The translations under genes were made by a program, and so were the position numbers. Shown here in pieces: positions 9,174 to 17,946 of a stretch of 52,238 nt of DNA. Source of the DNA: Candidatus Falkowbacteria bacterium LH_S3 (GTDB taxonomy: Bacteria; Patescibacteriota; Patescibacteriia; Patescibacteriales; JAGXOH01); NCBI GenBank assembly GCA_023659985.1, contig JAGXOH010000001.1:1-52238 (forward strand), given 5' to 3'. Position 1 is the first letter of the stretch, and every line of letters begins with the position of its first letter. The notes under the pieces are model-generated. The model made no database searches. It was given only the letters and a program-made list of their open reading frames with translations, and was not told the DNA's origin.

Positions 9174-10007
9174 ATGTTTAATTTTTTACACACATATCAT
9201 CCTAACCCCATTCTTTTCTCTTTTAACGAAATCAATGTTTATTGGTATGGATTTTTTATTGTAATCGGAATTATATTAGCTTTTGCTATAGCCTTAATAT
9301 TAGCTAAATACTACCACATAAAAAAAGAAGATATTATTGATTTAGCTTTTTGGTTGGTAATATTTGGAATCTTAGGGGCCAGATTATATCATGTAATCTT
9401 AGAGATTGATTATTACCTGAGTCAACCGATGCAAATTTTTAAAATATGGCAAGGAGGATTAGCTATACATGGGGCTATAATAGCCGGAATTATAGTTCTT
9501 TATTTTTTTACTAAAAAAAGGCGATTTAATTTCTGGATATGGGGTTCTATCCTGGTAACTGGCACCGCTCTGGCTCAAGCTGTAGGTAGATGGGGTAATT
9601 ATTTTAATCAAGAACTGTTTGGCAAACCCACAAACTCACCCTGGAGTATCCCTATTGATGTAATTCACAGACCAGCGGAATATCTTTCCATTAATTTTTT
9701 TCATCCAGCATTTCTCTATGAATCATTAGGAGATTTAGCCATATTTTTATTTATTGCTGGGGTGCATATCTATATTATCAAAAAGAAGAAAATTAAAGAA
9801 TTTTATTCTTTTATATTGGTAATATTGTATTTCATATTGTATTCTTTATTAAGATTTGCAACTGAATTCATAAGAATTGATGAGACTCCTATAGTGCTCG
9901 GTATACGCTCTCCTCAACTAATAAGCATTATTATAATTTTAATAGCGGTTATATTGCTAGTGGTGCCGCAAATAAGAAAACGAATATTGACAAGCAAAGA
10001 GACTTAG
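9174..10007 (+). CDS. lgt: Prolipoprotein diacylglyceryl transferase
   Basis: Polytopic membrane protein carrying the Lgt signature GRWGNYFNQELFGKPT. Confidence 0.92.
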   Translation: MFNFLHTYHPNPILFSFNEINVYWYGFFIVIGIILAFAIALILAKYYHIKKEDIIDLAFWLVIFGILGARLYHVILEIDYYLSQPMQIFKIWQGGLAIHGAIIAGIIVLYFFTKKRRFNFWIWGSILVTGTALAQAVGRWGNYFNQELFGKPTNSPWSIPIDVIHRPAEYLSINFFHPAFLYESLGDLAIFLFIAGVHIYIIKKKKIKEFYSFILVILYFILYSLLRFATEFIRIDETPIVLGIRSPQLISIIIILIAVILLVVPQIRKRILTSKET

Positions 10008-10100
10008 GATAAATTTGAAATTAATAATCGCGAATTCAAAATATAAAAAGAAAACAGGATAATAATATTTATTTTTTTATTATTTTATATTTATAATACC

Positions 10101-10175
10101 GCGGGCGTTGTATAGTGGTTATTACCCCAGCCTTCCAAGCTGGTGACGCCGGTTCAATCCCGGTCGCCCGCTCCA
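10101..10175 (+). tRNA. tRNA-Gly (anticodon TCC), CCA encoded
   Basis: GCGGGCG acceptor, anticodon arm CCAGC-CTTCCAA-GCTGG, T arm GCCGGTTCAATCCCGGT. Confidence 0.92.
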
Positions 10176-10185
10176 ATTTTAAATT

Positions 10186-10250
10186 AAGCGTAGCTTAATT
10201 GTTAAAAGTTGAAAGTTGAAAGAAAAAATGGTTAATTGTTAAAAGTTATA
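10186..10250. repeat. Family-B repeat (GTTGAAA/GTTAAAA heptamers)
   Basis: GCGTAGCTTAATTGTTAAAAGTTGAAAGTTGAAAGAAAAAATGGTTAATTGTTAAAAGTT lies between two tRNA genes. Confidence 0.7.
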
Positions 10251-10257
10251 TTACTGG

Positions 10258-10289
10258 AAAACTCGTGTTTATACACGGGTTTTGCTTTT
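10258..10289 (+). terminator. Rho-independent terminator after tRNA-Gly
   Basis: AAAACTCGTGT-TTAT-ACACGGGTTTT forms an ~11-bp stem, followed by GCTTTT. Confidence 0.6.
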
Positions 10290-10343
10290 AAGTAATTGAA
10301 AATTCAAAAATATTATGCTATTTTCAAAACAGCTAATAAAAAA

Positions 10344-10415
10344 CGGAGCGTAGTATAAAGGCTAGTACGCGCCCATGGGGTGGGTGTAATCTGGGTTCAA
10401 TTCCCAGCGCTCCGA
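10344..10415 (+). tRNA. tRNA-Pro (anticodon GGG), no encoded CCA
   Basis: C1-G72 acceptor (CGGAGCG/CGCTCCG) with A73, anticodon arm CGCCC-ATGGGGT-GGGTG, T arm CTGGGTTCAATTCCCAG. Confidence 0.85.
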
Positions 10416-10451
10416 CATTTTTTATTTTTACTGACTCCTTTTCTAAGGAAA

Positions 10452-11942
10452 ATGTATTATTTATCAATAAAAACTAACAACATGAGAGACTTAAAAGAAA
10501 ACGATGATAATCAGAAAGAAAATAATTTTTCTTATTCCAAAAAGAAAACTAAAATAAAAAAAATCGTATATTTGGTGCTTTTTTTTATCATTCTAATATT
10601 GTTTTTCTCTGTCGGAAGCTTTATATCCGGGGAAAATAAGGACTCTTTCCTAAATAAAATTCCTATTGTTAAAAATGTTAAACGTTTGGCTGAAAGTTCA
10701 GATAAAAAATTAAGTGGAGAAGAAAGAGGTAGAATTAATATTTTACTTCTGGGAATGGGAGGAGAAAATCATGCCGGAGGCAAATTAACCGATACTATAA
10801 TACTTGCCAGTATTAAGCCAAAAGAAAAAAAAGCCACTTTAATATCCATCCCCAGAGATCTAACTCTGCCAGTAGAAGGTAAGGGGAAACAAAAAGTAAA
10901 CAGTATAAATGCTTATGCCGAATTCAATGAAGAGGATGGAGGTATGGCTCTATCTCAATCCTTAAGCGACGTATTAAAAATGCCTATAGATTATTATGTT
11001 AAAGCCGACTTCCAAGGATTCGTGAATATAATTGATGAATTAGGGGGAATAAATATTTACGTAGAACAAACATTGAATGATTACAAATACCCAGTAAAGG
11101 GCAAAGAAAAAGCTGATGATTATGAAGAAAGATATAAACATTTGCACATAAATAAGGGCTGGCAAACAATGGACGGAAAGTTGGCTTTAAAATACGCCCG
11201 CTCTAGGCATACGGTCGGAGCTCAAGGATCTGATTTCTCAAGAGCCAAAAGACAACAAAAAATACTCAAAGCAGCCAAACAAAAATTTAGCAATACAAAT
11301 ATTATACTTAAGCCCTCTTTAATCTCTAATATTTTAAATGAATTAAATGAACACATAAGTACTAATCTGAAAATCTGGGAAATGATAAAATTATGGAATT
11401 TAGGTAAAAATATTGATACCAATAAAATAAAAAATGAAATTTTGGATAACAGCCCCTCTGGTCTCTTGGCAGTCTCAAAAACAGAAGATGGAGCTTATCT
11501 TTTAGTCCCTAAAAGCGGTGATTTTTCTGAAATTCAATATAAAATACAAAATATATTTTCTGGACCGGAAAGCAAAAATGAAAAAGACAGCCAAAGCCAA
11601 AATATAGCAAAAGGCGTTAAGATTTCCATAAGAAACGGGACTTGGATAAACGGATTAGCTGAAAAAACTGCTATAGAATTGGAAAAAGAAGGCTTTGATA
11701 TAGTCAGAGTGGGAAATAGTAGTAAAAAAAATTTCCAAACTTCGCTAATATACGATCTTGCTTTTGGAGAAAAAACCGAATCTCTTAAAATACTAAAACA
11801 AAAAACTAACGCCAATGTTTCCTTCACCTTGCCCCAATGGTTAATAGAAGATATAAACCGAGATGTTAAAAAAGAAAACAATCCGGAAAAGCCAAACTTT
11901 ATATTAATTTTAGGAAAAAATGCCAACAAAGAAATATACTAA
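10452..11942 (+). CDS. LytR-CpsA-Psr (LCP) family cell-envelope phosphotransferase with C-terminal LytR_C-like domain
   Basis: INILLLGMGGENHAGGKLTDTIILASI...ISIPRDL LCP core with an N-terminal TM helix. The track start at 10380 overlaps tRNA-Pro. The ATG at 10452 has an AAGGA Shine-Dalgarno sequence. Confidence 0.85.
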   Translation: MYYLSIKTNNMRDLKENDDNQKENNFSYSKKKTKIKKIVYLVLFFIILILFFSVGSFISGENKDSFLNKIPIVKNVKRLAESSDKKLSGEERGRINILLLGMGGENHAGGKLTDTIILASIKPKEKKATLISIPRDLTLPVEGKGKQKVNSINAYAEFNEEDGGMALSQSLSDVLKMPIDYYVKADFQGFVNIIDELGGINIYVEQTLNDYKYPVKGKEKADDYEERYKHLHINKGWQTMDGKLALKYARSRHTVGAQGSDFSRAKRQQKILKAAKQKFSNTNIILKPSLISNILNELNEHISTNLKIWEMIKLWNLGKNIDTNKIKNEILDNSPSGLLAVSKTEDGAYLLVPKSGDFSEIQYKIQNIFSGPESKNEKDSQSQNIAKGVKISIRNGTWINGLAEKTAIELEKEGFDIVRVGNSSKKNFQTSLIYDLAFGEKTESLKILKQKTNANVSFTLPQWLIEDINRDVKKENNPEKPNFILILGKNANKEIY

Positions 11943-13329
11943 AAAATATAATCCTAAGGAAAAACCGCAAGCGGTTATTTTTGGCAGAACTAACACAGGT
12001 AAATCAACCTTCTTTAACACTCTAAGCGAATCAAAAGAAGCTATGGTATCCCCAAAGGAGGGGGTAACCAGAGATAGTAATGTTGCGAATATTTATTGGC
12101 AAGGAGTGGAGTTTGAATTAGTTGATACCGGAGGTTTTATTGATTATTTGGATACAGAAGAACCGAACAAGAAAAAAAGAGAGAATACTATTGATGAAAA
12201 AGTCCAGAAACAAGCTTTAAAATATTTAAAAAAGGGGGATGTTATTATTTTTTTGCTAGACTCTAAAGTAGGTATCTTACCCCAAGATGAACAAATAGCG
12301 AATTTTTTAAAAAAAAGATACTCAAATCAAAAAAATAAAATAATAACTGTTGCCAATAAAGTTGATAAAGGAATAAGAGAACATCTTGAAGTAGCTATTT
12401 TCCATAAGCTAAACTTAGGGGAACCAATGCCTATTTCAGCCATCACCGGTTCTGGAACAGGCGACCTCTTAGATAGAGTAGTGGAAATTATTAAACAACA
12501 AGATAAAAAAACCATTCACAAAAAGGAAAAAAAAGAACCTGACAAAAGTATTGTTTCTGTCTGCCTAACAGGAAAACCCAATGTAGGCAAATCAACCTTA
12601 TTAAACTCTTTGTTGGATTATGAAAAGGTTATAGTCAGTGATATTCCTCACACAACCAGAGAACCGCAAAATGTAGAAATAACTTACAATGATCAAAGAT
12701 TAATTTTTGTTGATACCGCTGGCATAAATAAAAAAGCTCGCAAACCAAAAGATTTAGAAAAATACGGAATAGAAAGGTCACTGCAAGCTCTTGGCAAGGC
12801 TGACATATCTTTATTAATACTGGATATAACCCAAGAAATAACTCAACAAGAACGAAAACTCATAGATGAAATAATAAAAAAAAGAAAAAGTTTTATTATT
12901 ATAGCTAGCAAATGGGATTTAATTGATGATAAAAACACTTCCAAGTTTATTGATTATATTTATGGCAAACTCCCTTTTGCCACATGGGCACCCATAAAAT
13001 TTGTTTCTGCTTACACAGGGAAAAATGTAGACAAAATTTATGAATTAATATTGGAAATCAAGGAACAAAGGCAAGCAGAATTAAGTAAATCACAATTGGA
13101 TAAATTTTTAAATAAAATAATTAAAAAACACTCTCCTACAAAAGCCAAGGGATATAAAAGACCTTATATTTACGAGATAAATCAACCCAAAATAAATCCT
13201 CCCAAATTTGACATTCGTATAGGAAAAAAAGATACATTAAATGAATCTTATGTAAGATTCATTAAAAACCAACTAAGGGAGACCTTTGGTTTTAAAGGCA
13301 CGCCTATAAATATTGAAGTGGTAAGATAA
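11920..13329 (+). CDS. der: Ribosome-associated GTPase Der/EngA
   Basis: Two tandem GTPase domains (GRTNTGKST, DTGG; GKPNVGKST, DTAG, SKWD) and a KH-like C-terminus. Confidence 0.93.
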   Translation: MPTKKYTKKYNPKEKPQAVIFGRTNTGKSTFFNTLSESKEAMVSPKEGVTRDSNVANIYWQGVEFELVDTGGFIDYLDTEEPNKKKRENTIDEKVQKQALKYLKKGDVIIFLLDSKVGILPQDEQIANFLKKRYSNQKNKIITVANKVDKGIREHLEVAIFHKLNLGEPMPISAITGSGTGDLLDRVVEIIKQQDKKTIHKKEKKEPDKSIVSVCLTGKPNVGKSTLLNSLLDYEKVIVSDIPHTTREPQNVEITYNDQRLIFVDTAGINKKARKPKDLEKYGIERSLQALGKADISLLILDITQEITQQERKLIDEIIKKRKSFIIIASKWDLIDDKNTSKFIDYIYGKLPFATWAPIKFVSAYTGKNVDKIYELILEIKEQRQAELSKSQLDKFLNKIIKKHSPTKAKGYKRPYIYEINQPKINPPKFDIRIGKKDTLNESYVRFIKNQLRETFGFKGTPINIEVVR

Positions 13330-13340
13330 AATTCAAAATT

Positions 13341-13889
13341 ATGAAAATAATTGTCGGTCTTGGAAATCCTAAAAAAAAATATGAAAAAACCAGACATAAC
13401 GTCGGTTTTTTAGTATTGGATAAACTGGCTCATAAAAACGGACTAAATTGGAGGCAAAATAAAAAAGCTATCTCCCTGATAACTGAATATGAAGGTGATT
13501 TTTTGGTAAAACCTCAAACTTTTATGAATAATTCCGGGATATCAGTAGAATCTCTGCTCTCTTATCACCAACTTCTGTCCAAAAAATGGAAGCTATTTAC
13601 TAAGGAAAATACAGACTTAACCAATAACTTAATTGTTCTGCATGATGATATTGATTTAGCCTTAGGAAAATACAAAATTTCATTTTCCTCAGGTAGTGCC
13701 GGACACAAAGGAGTGCAATCAATTATCAATCATATTAAAACCAAACAATTCACTAGAATGCGCATCGGTATAGCTGGTAAAGAAAAAAATAATAATATCG
13801 CTACTCCCAATTTTGTTTTAAAAAAATTTAGCAAAAAAGAATTGCAAATTATTGATAATACCGCTTCTCAAATAATAGAAAAATTATAA
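13341..13889 (+). CDS. pth: Peptidyl-tRNA hydrolase
   Basis: IVGLGNPKKKYEKTRHNVGF N-terminus and the typical size. Confidence 0.92.
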   Translation: MKIIVGLGNPKKKYEKTRHNVGFLVLDKLAHKNGLNWRQNKKAISLITEYEGDFLVKPQTFMNNSGISVESLLSYHQLLSKKWKLFTKENTDLTNNLIVLHDDIDLALGKYKISFSSGSAGHKGVQSIINHIKTKQFTRMRIGIAGKEKNNNIATPNFVLKKFSKKELQIIDNTASQIIEKL

Positions 13890-14157
13890 AAAAATTGTTC
13901 AATAAAAAACACCTCCACCTAAGAAACATGATACCGCCTAGAAGCCGGAGATTACTTCATTTAAAGGTACAACCTAAGCCAAGGAGGGGGATGCTCAGAT
14001 TTTCCCTACTTCTAGGCAGAATCATTTTCCCTATATAAAAGAGCTGTTTTAAAATAAAATCAGGTGCCTACGAGCCTTGTCATTTTATTAGCCTACACCT
14101 GTTTTTGTAGTAACTATAACACTATATCATATATTTATATTTTAGTCAATAGATGTG

Positions 14158-14332
14158 GATAATGCGCATACACATTTGGCGGTTTTAGCAAGATAGAAAT
14201 GTTATCTTGATATATGTGTGTAAATATGCCAAAAACAAACATATTGAGAAATATAATAGAACCATTCAGGAAGAATTTATTGACTGGAATAAAATATTAT
14301 TAGAATATCGTATAAATTTAATAAAAAATTAA
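14158..14332 (+). pseudogene. DDE transposase C-terminal remnant, frameshifted
   Basis: Fragments SIDVDNAHTHLAVLAR and (PKTN)..HIEKYNRTIQEEFIDWNKILLEY sit in different frames. HIEKYNRTIQEEF matches the catalytic-E region of rve-type transposases. Paralogous remnants lie at 17396-17632 and about 46600-46725. Confidence 0.6.
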
Positions 14333-14389
14333 TAAAAGGTTAGTTTGGTATAATACAAAACGTTACAAAAATTGGTGTCAAACAAAAAT

Positions 14390-14625
14390 TGATGTCAACT
14401 CTGAATTTTATGATATAATTTTTTCAAACCTGTCAATGAATTTGCTTTCTCCCAAATTGCCAAAAGCCCAAAGCTGAATAAATTTTCCTCGTGTCTAACA
14501 GGCATAAGGAAAATTGCTCAAAGCTGAAAGTTGTAAGAATGCTTTCGGCATTAAATTTACCTTTGGCAAATTATACTTTCAACGTTCAACGTTCAACCAT
14601 TAAACTCTGCTTAATTTAATGAGCT
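14390..14625. repeat. Family-B modular repeat, long copy
   Basis: Modules ATGTCAACTCTGAATTTTATG, TTTGCTTTCTCCCAAATTG, GCTGAAA heptamers, hairpins AATGCTTTCGGCATT and TTTACCTTTGGCAAAT, CAACGTT heptamers, AATTTAATGAGC. Confidence 0.8.
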
Positions 14626-14783
14626 GGACTAATACAAAAAATAGCGTTACAGAGGAAATCTGATATAATTTTAAAAAGCTATGGCAAATTTACAAATAAT
14701 GCCTAAAAATTAATCATATAGTCTAGAACCTTAATTTTTATCTCATTGGAAATGAAATTTCTGATGAGAAAAACATAAAAGCT

Positions 14784-15152
14784 ATGTTTGGAGAAAAATT
14801 TAAAAAAGAAACTTCTTCTGAAAAAATTAAGCCAAAAACTTCTGAAAAGGCTGAAGGAATGAAAGAAACAGAGGAATAAGTTACTAAAGAAAAACAGGAA
14901 ATTAGGCTTGAGAATATTAAAGAAGCCCCTTTTCTTGATCAAGAGGTTAAACTTTATTTAAAGACCAATTCTTTGTACAAAAAAGGCATGGAAGATACTA
15001 ATGAGGATGTCCGTCGAGGCACAGCCAGATCTTTAGGAGGATTAGCTTCTGTTGATTCTGAATCAGCAGCTTCTTTGTATGAAAAAGGCATGGAAGATAC
15101 TGATGGGAGTATCTGTCTAAACACAACCGAATCTTTAGGAGAGTTTAGCTAA
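14784..15152 (+). pseudogene. HEAT/PBS-lyase-type repeat protein fragment with in-frame TAA at 14877-14879
   Basis: The 123-codon frame reads MFGEKF...KETEE*VTKEK... It contains two repeats, LYKKGMEDTNEDVRRGTARSLGGL and LYEKGMEDTDGSICLNTTESLGEF. Confidence 0.6.
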
Positions 15153-15293
15153 AACAATAAAAATTTCTGAAAAAGAAGTCAATACTGAAGAAAATTTCAA
15201 AAGCCTAATAAAAAGCTATGGTTTATCTCCAAAAAAAGAAGATAAAGATTAGAGAAGTATCCAATTTTAGGAGAGAGTTGGAAAAGTTAAAAT

Positions 15294-17342
15294 TTAACTC
15301 TCGGCTTTAGCTTGTTGCATTCTGTTTTTTAATTCCGCAAACGGCTCATGACCTTCATGGTTCTTCGTGAGATTGAAAGCAGGATTTTGTGGATCAACTC
15401 CATTTTCTTTACATGCCTTACAAAAATATGTTTCAAAATCGAAATTTTCGTCTAAAACTGAAAGGCGAAAGTTTGTTGCTGTAATGTATACTTCTTGCAA
15501 AATTTTAGCACGAATATTCCCAAATGACTCACTCCCAAATGAATTATAGTGTAGTGACGGTTCTTCCCCAAATCCAACCCCTACCATATTTTCGCCTTTT
15601 TTGCTTTTCACCTCTGCGGTGAACTGAGGTGTTCCTGAATCATCAAAAGCTTTGGTGTTATTGTTATAAAGATTTTCTATAATTTGTAAAGCCTGTTCTT
15701 CTTCTTCCGAATTAAAGTAAATAACCATTTTATCAAGACGATTAAATTCCTTGGCACTTCCACGCAAAGGGATTTTCATTTGACTATTCAGACCCTCATT
15801 TTTAAACTCTTCCACTGCTTGTTCGAAAACCTGTCCTACATATTCCGGATTTAAATTTAAGTAAAATCTGCCAATTCCTGCTTGCTCGTATATTCCCTTG
15901 TTTGTACTACAAGAAAACCAATGTCCAGGAGCCTTCGGCATAAGGTTCTCTCCTTCTTTTTCCTTTTTTTCTAAATTGTCTTTTGCCAATTTTACTGACT
16001 TGAAATACTCTTTTTCTAATTTTTCGACCTCTGAATTGTTCTCCTGATATTTTAAGTTGTCAATATTTCTATTGTAAAAATCGCGATAAAAAAGTCCAAC
16101 CAAACCTTTCCCTTTATATAATTCATCTTCGATCTCCTGCTGATGGTTTTCAACATATTCGTAAAAGTCCTCTATCGCTTGTTTCTTTTCTGGAGAATCT
16201 TCTATGGTTTCTATCTGCTCTTCTCTTGACTGTTTGGATTCTTCAGATTGTAAAATTGTACCATTTGTAGAATTTAAATCTTCTATGGAAAGATTACCAT
16301 CTTTTAATTCTATTTTTAAATGATCGCCGGAAACAGTTTTCGGAAGCTTAAACCCTAATGGATCTTGACGACCGAGGATAAATGAATCGTTTTCTCTGAT
16401 ACTCTTATATCCAGTAGTGGGATTCTTTTGATCAAAAGTTGCAGGATCAACAAGTAGATAGTCGGCCTTCCATGACTTGTATTCCTGAACATTAATAATT
16501 TTCAAGTGTTTTTCCGAGAGATGGACATCAATCGGTATTTCTGTATCTTCAACTTCTTTTTTCTCTCCCTTAAGTTCAAAACGCTCTGGCTGAATTTCTT
16601 TTTCCGGTCCCCCTTGTCCCCTTATTTCATCTAGCGCTAAACCTGATTTTTCTTTAATTTGATTGATTGCGCTTGCAAATTCTGAACCTAATTGCGAATC
16701 AGGAAATACTTGGCGCCAAGTATCTAAAAATTCTTGTTGCATTTGTATAACTCTTCTTGCCTCGTCTGAAGTTAGTTCTTGATTAGCAGCAGCAAATACA
16801 TTTTTTTTTACATAATCTCGTTGAGATGAGGAAATACTCCTATGATCTATTTTGTTTGTAATGTCAGTTAAATTTTCAATAATGCGCGTTTTATTTTCAT
16901 CAGAGGATACTGCACCAAATTCTTCATAAACTGGGGCTAAGACATCCACAACGCCTTGAGCTGCCTCCCGCTTATATTGTAATTGTTTCTCTTGTACTGC
17001 TTGTTCATGTTGTTCTTTTGTCCGTCCTTCTTGATAAACAACTCCAATTTGCTCATCAATGATCTGCCCTAGATCTTTTTGAACATCCTCGATAGTCGGA
17101 TATTTTTTGCGCAATTCGGTCAAGGTGCCTTGTACATCTATTGAACGCAATTCTTCTTGATTTGGCAAATACCCCTTCTCCATCACAGTTAAAATTTTTA
17201 TACCTCTCTTGTTTGTTTTTATCTGTTCAACTGCTTCAGCAAAAGGATTGGACTCTTCAGGCGATTTTTGAACTTCCGATTTATTTTGTTCTGGAGATTC
17301 AGGCGATGGCGAAGTATTAAATTGTTCCATTTTTTCTTTCAT
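15294..17342 (-). CDS. FHA-domain protein with large uncharacterised N- and C-terminal domains (C-terminal domain possibly HopA1/LanKC-lyase-like)
   Basis: FHA signature SFILGRQDPLGFKLPKTVSGDHLKIELKDGNLSIEDLNSTNGTIL. The C-terminal ~270 aa carry GRFYLNLNPEY...MKIPLRG...RLDKMVIYF. Confidence 0.75.
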   Translation of the reverse strand: MKEKMEQFNTSPSPESPEQNKSEVQKSPEESNPFAEAVEQIKTNKRGIKILTVMEKGYLPNQEELRSIDVQGTLTELRKKYPTIEDVQKDLGQIIDEQIGVVYQEGRTKEQHEQAVQEKQLQYKREAAQGVVDVLAPVYEEFGAVSSDENKTRIIENLTDITNKIDHRSISSSQRDYVKKNVFAAANQELTSDEARRVIQMQQEFLDTWRQVFPDSQLGSEFASAINQIKEKSGLALDEIRGQGGPEKEIQPERFELKGEKKEVEDTEIPIDVHLSEKHLKIINVQEYKSWKADYLLVDPATFDQKNPTTGYKSIRENDSFILGRQDPLGFKLPKTVSGDHLKIELKDGNLSIEDLNSTNGTILQSEESKQSREEQIETIEDSPEKKQAIEDFYEYVENHQQEIEDELYKGKGLVGLFYRDFYNRNIDNLKYQENNSEVEKLEKEYFKSVKLAKDNLEKKEKEGENLMPKAPGHWFSCSTNKGIYEQAGIGRFYLNLNPEYVGQVFEQAVEEFKNEGLNSQMKIPLRGSAKEFNRLDKMVIYFNSEEEEQALQIIENLYNNNTKAFDDSGTPQFTAEVKSKKGENMVGVGFGEEPSLHYNSFGSESFGNIRAKILQEVYITATNFRLSVLDENFDFETYFCKACKENGVDPQNPAFNLTKNHEGHEPFAELKNRMQQAKAES

Positions 17343-17395
17343 ATTTATAATTTATCACAATTTTTATTTTTATTCAAAGATCCACATTAAATCAT

Positions 17396-17632
17396 CTAAA
17401 ATCTGACTAAAAGGATGCCTGTTAAATCATTAAAAGTCGATATTAAAAAGAAGATTTCGGTCAGATTTTCAAACACTAACTTAAACTCTATTTCAGTCAG
17501 ATAGTTAAATAATTTGACACGAACCCATCTTAAACGCTCATCTAAAGCGTTATTTGGTAGTTTTGTACACATATCTGCGATTCTCTCATATTTTTTCCAA
17601 AACCGACAAATGTGTATGCACATTACCTTCAA
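17396..17632 (-). pseudogene. DDE transposase C-terminal remnant
   Basis: Contains EGNVHTHLSVLEKI (shifted frame) and ..LPNNALDERLRWVRVKLFNYL.., paralogous to 14158-14332 and 46600-46725. The 17429-17520 segment is repeated at 33075-33166. Confidence 0.45.
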
Positions 17633-17755
17633 TTTTTACTATGTTGGTCTGGTATAATTTAAGTTAGCCACATGCACTGAATTTTTTTGACACAAAATGT
17701 GAGTGAACTTGTTCTTTAATAGGCATTCCTTGTTTTCGGGTATTTTATTGCTTCT

Positions 17756-17786
17756 AAACACGACATACTATAAGTATGTCGTGTTT
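17756..17786. promoter_or_regulatory. Perfect 14-bp-arm palindrome AAACACGACATACT-ATA-AGTATGTCGTGTTT upstream of dprA; carries the TACTATAAGTA core
   Basis: Read directly. The same core recurs at 33195-33209, and the variant TACTATAGTA/TACTATAGTT at 51560-51569 and 39895-39904. Confidence 0.5.
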
Positions 17787-17946
17787 AATTTTTGGGAAAA
17801 TGAGGCAACAAAGATGCCACTTCATCTGTTAAAGTTAGTTAATTGTCCTATATTTTTAAAGCTGTTATAATTAAAGCTGTTATAATTTTAATTACAAAAC
17901 CGAAAATGTTTATGCCTAAAACAAAAATAACCACCTAAGTTTTATT

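Noticed and set aside
10380-10451. Track start of the LCP ORF at 10380.
   Set aside because: This N-terminal extension overlaps tRNA-Pro (10344-10415). The ATG at 10452, which has an AAGGA Shine-Dalgarno sequence, is used instead.
13929-14024. Long-range 16-nt imperfect stem (TGATACCGCCTAGAAG / CTTCTAGGCAGAATCA, 14 of 16 paired) downstream of pth. I considered an SRP, 6S or tmRNA-like RNA.
   Set aside because: I could not find any conserved SRP (GGAAGCAGCC-type), RNase P (GGAAAGTCC) or tmRNA tRNA-like motif. The enclosed 64 nt show no convincing substructure. The site borders transposase debris, so it may be an IS-end relic. It is not supportable as an RNA gene from sequence alone.
14703-14942. 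79-aa minus-strand ORF.
   Set aside because: It is a Phe/Lys/Ser-rich low-complexity translation antisense to the HEAT-repeat pseudogene frame, which has recognisable repeats.
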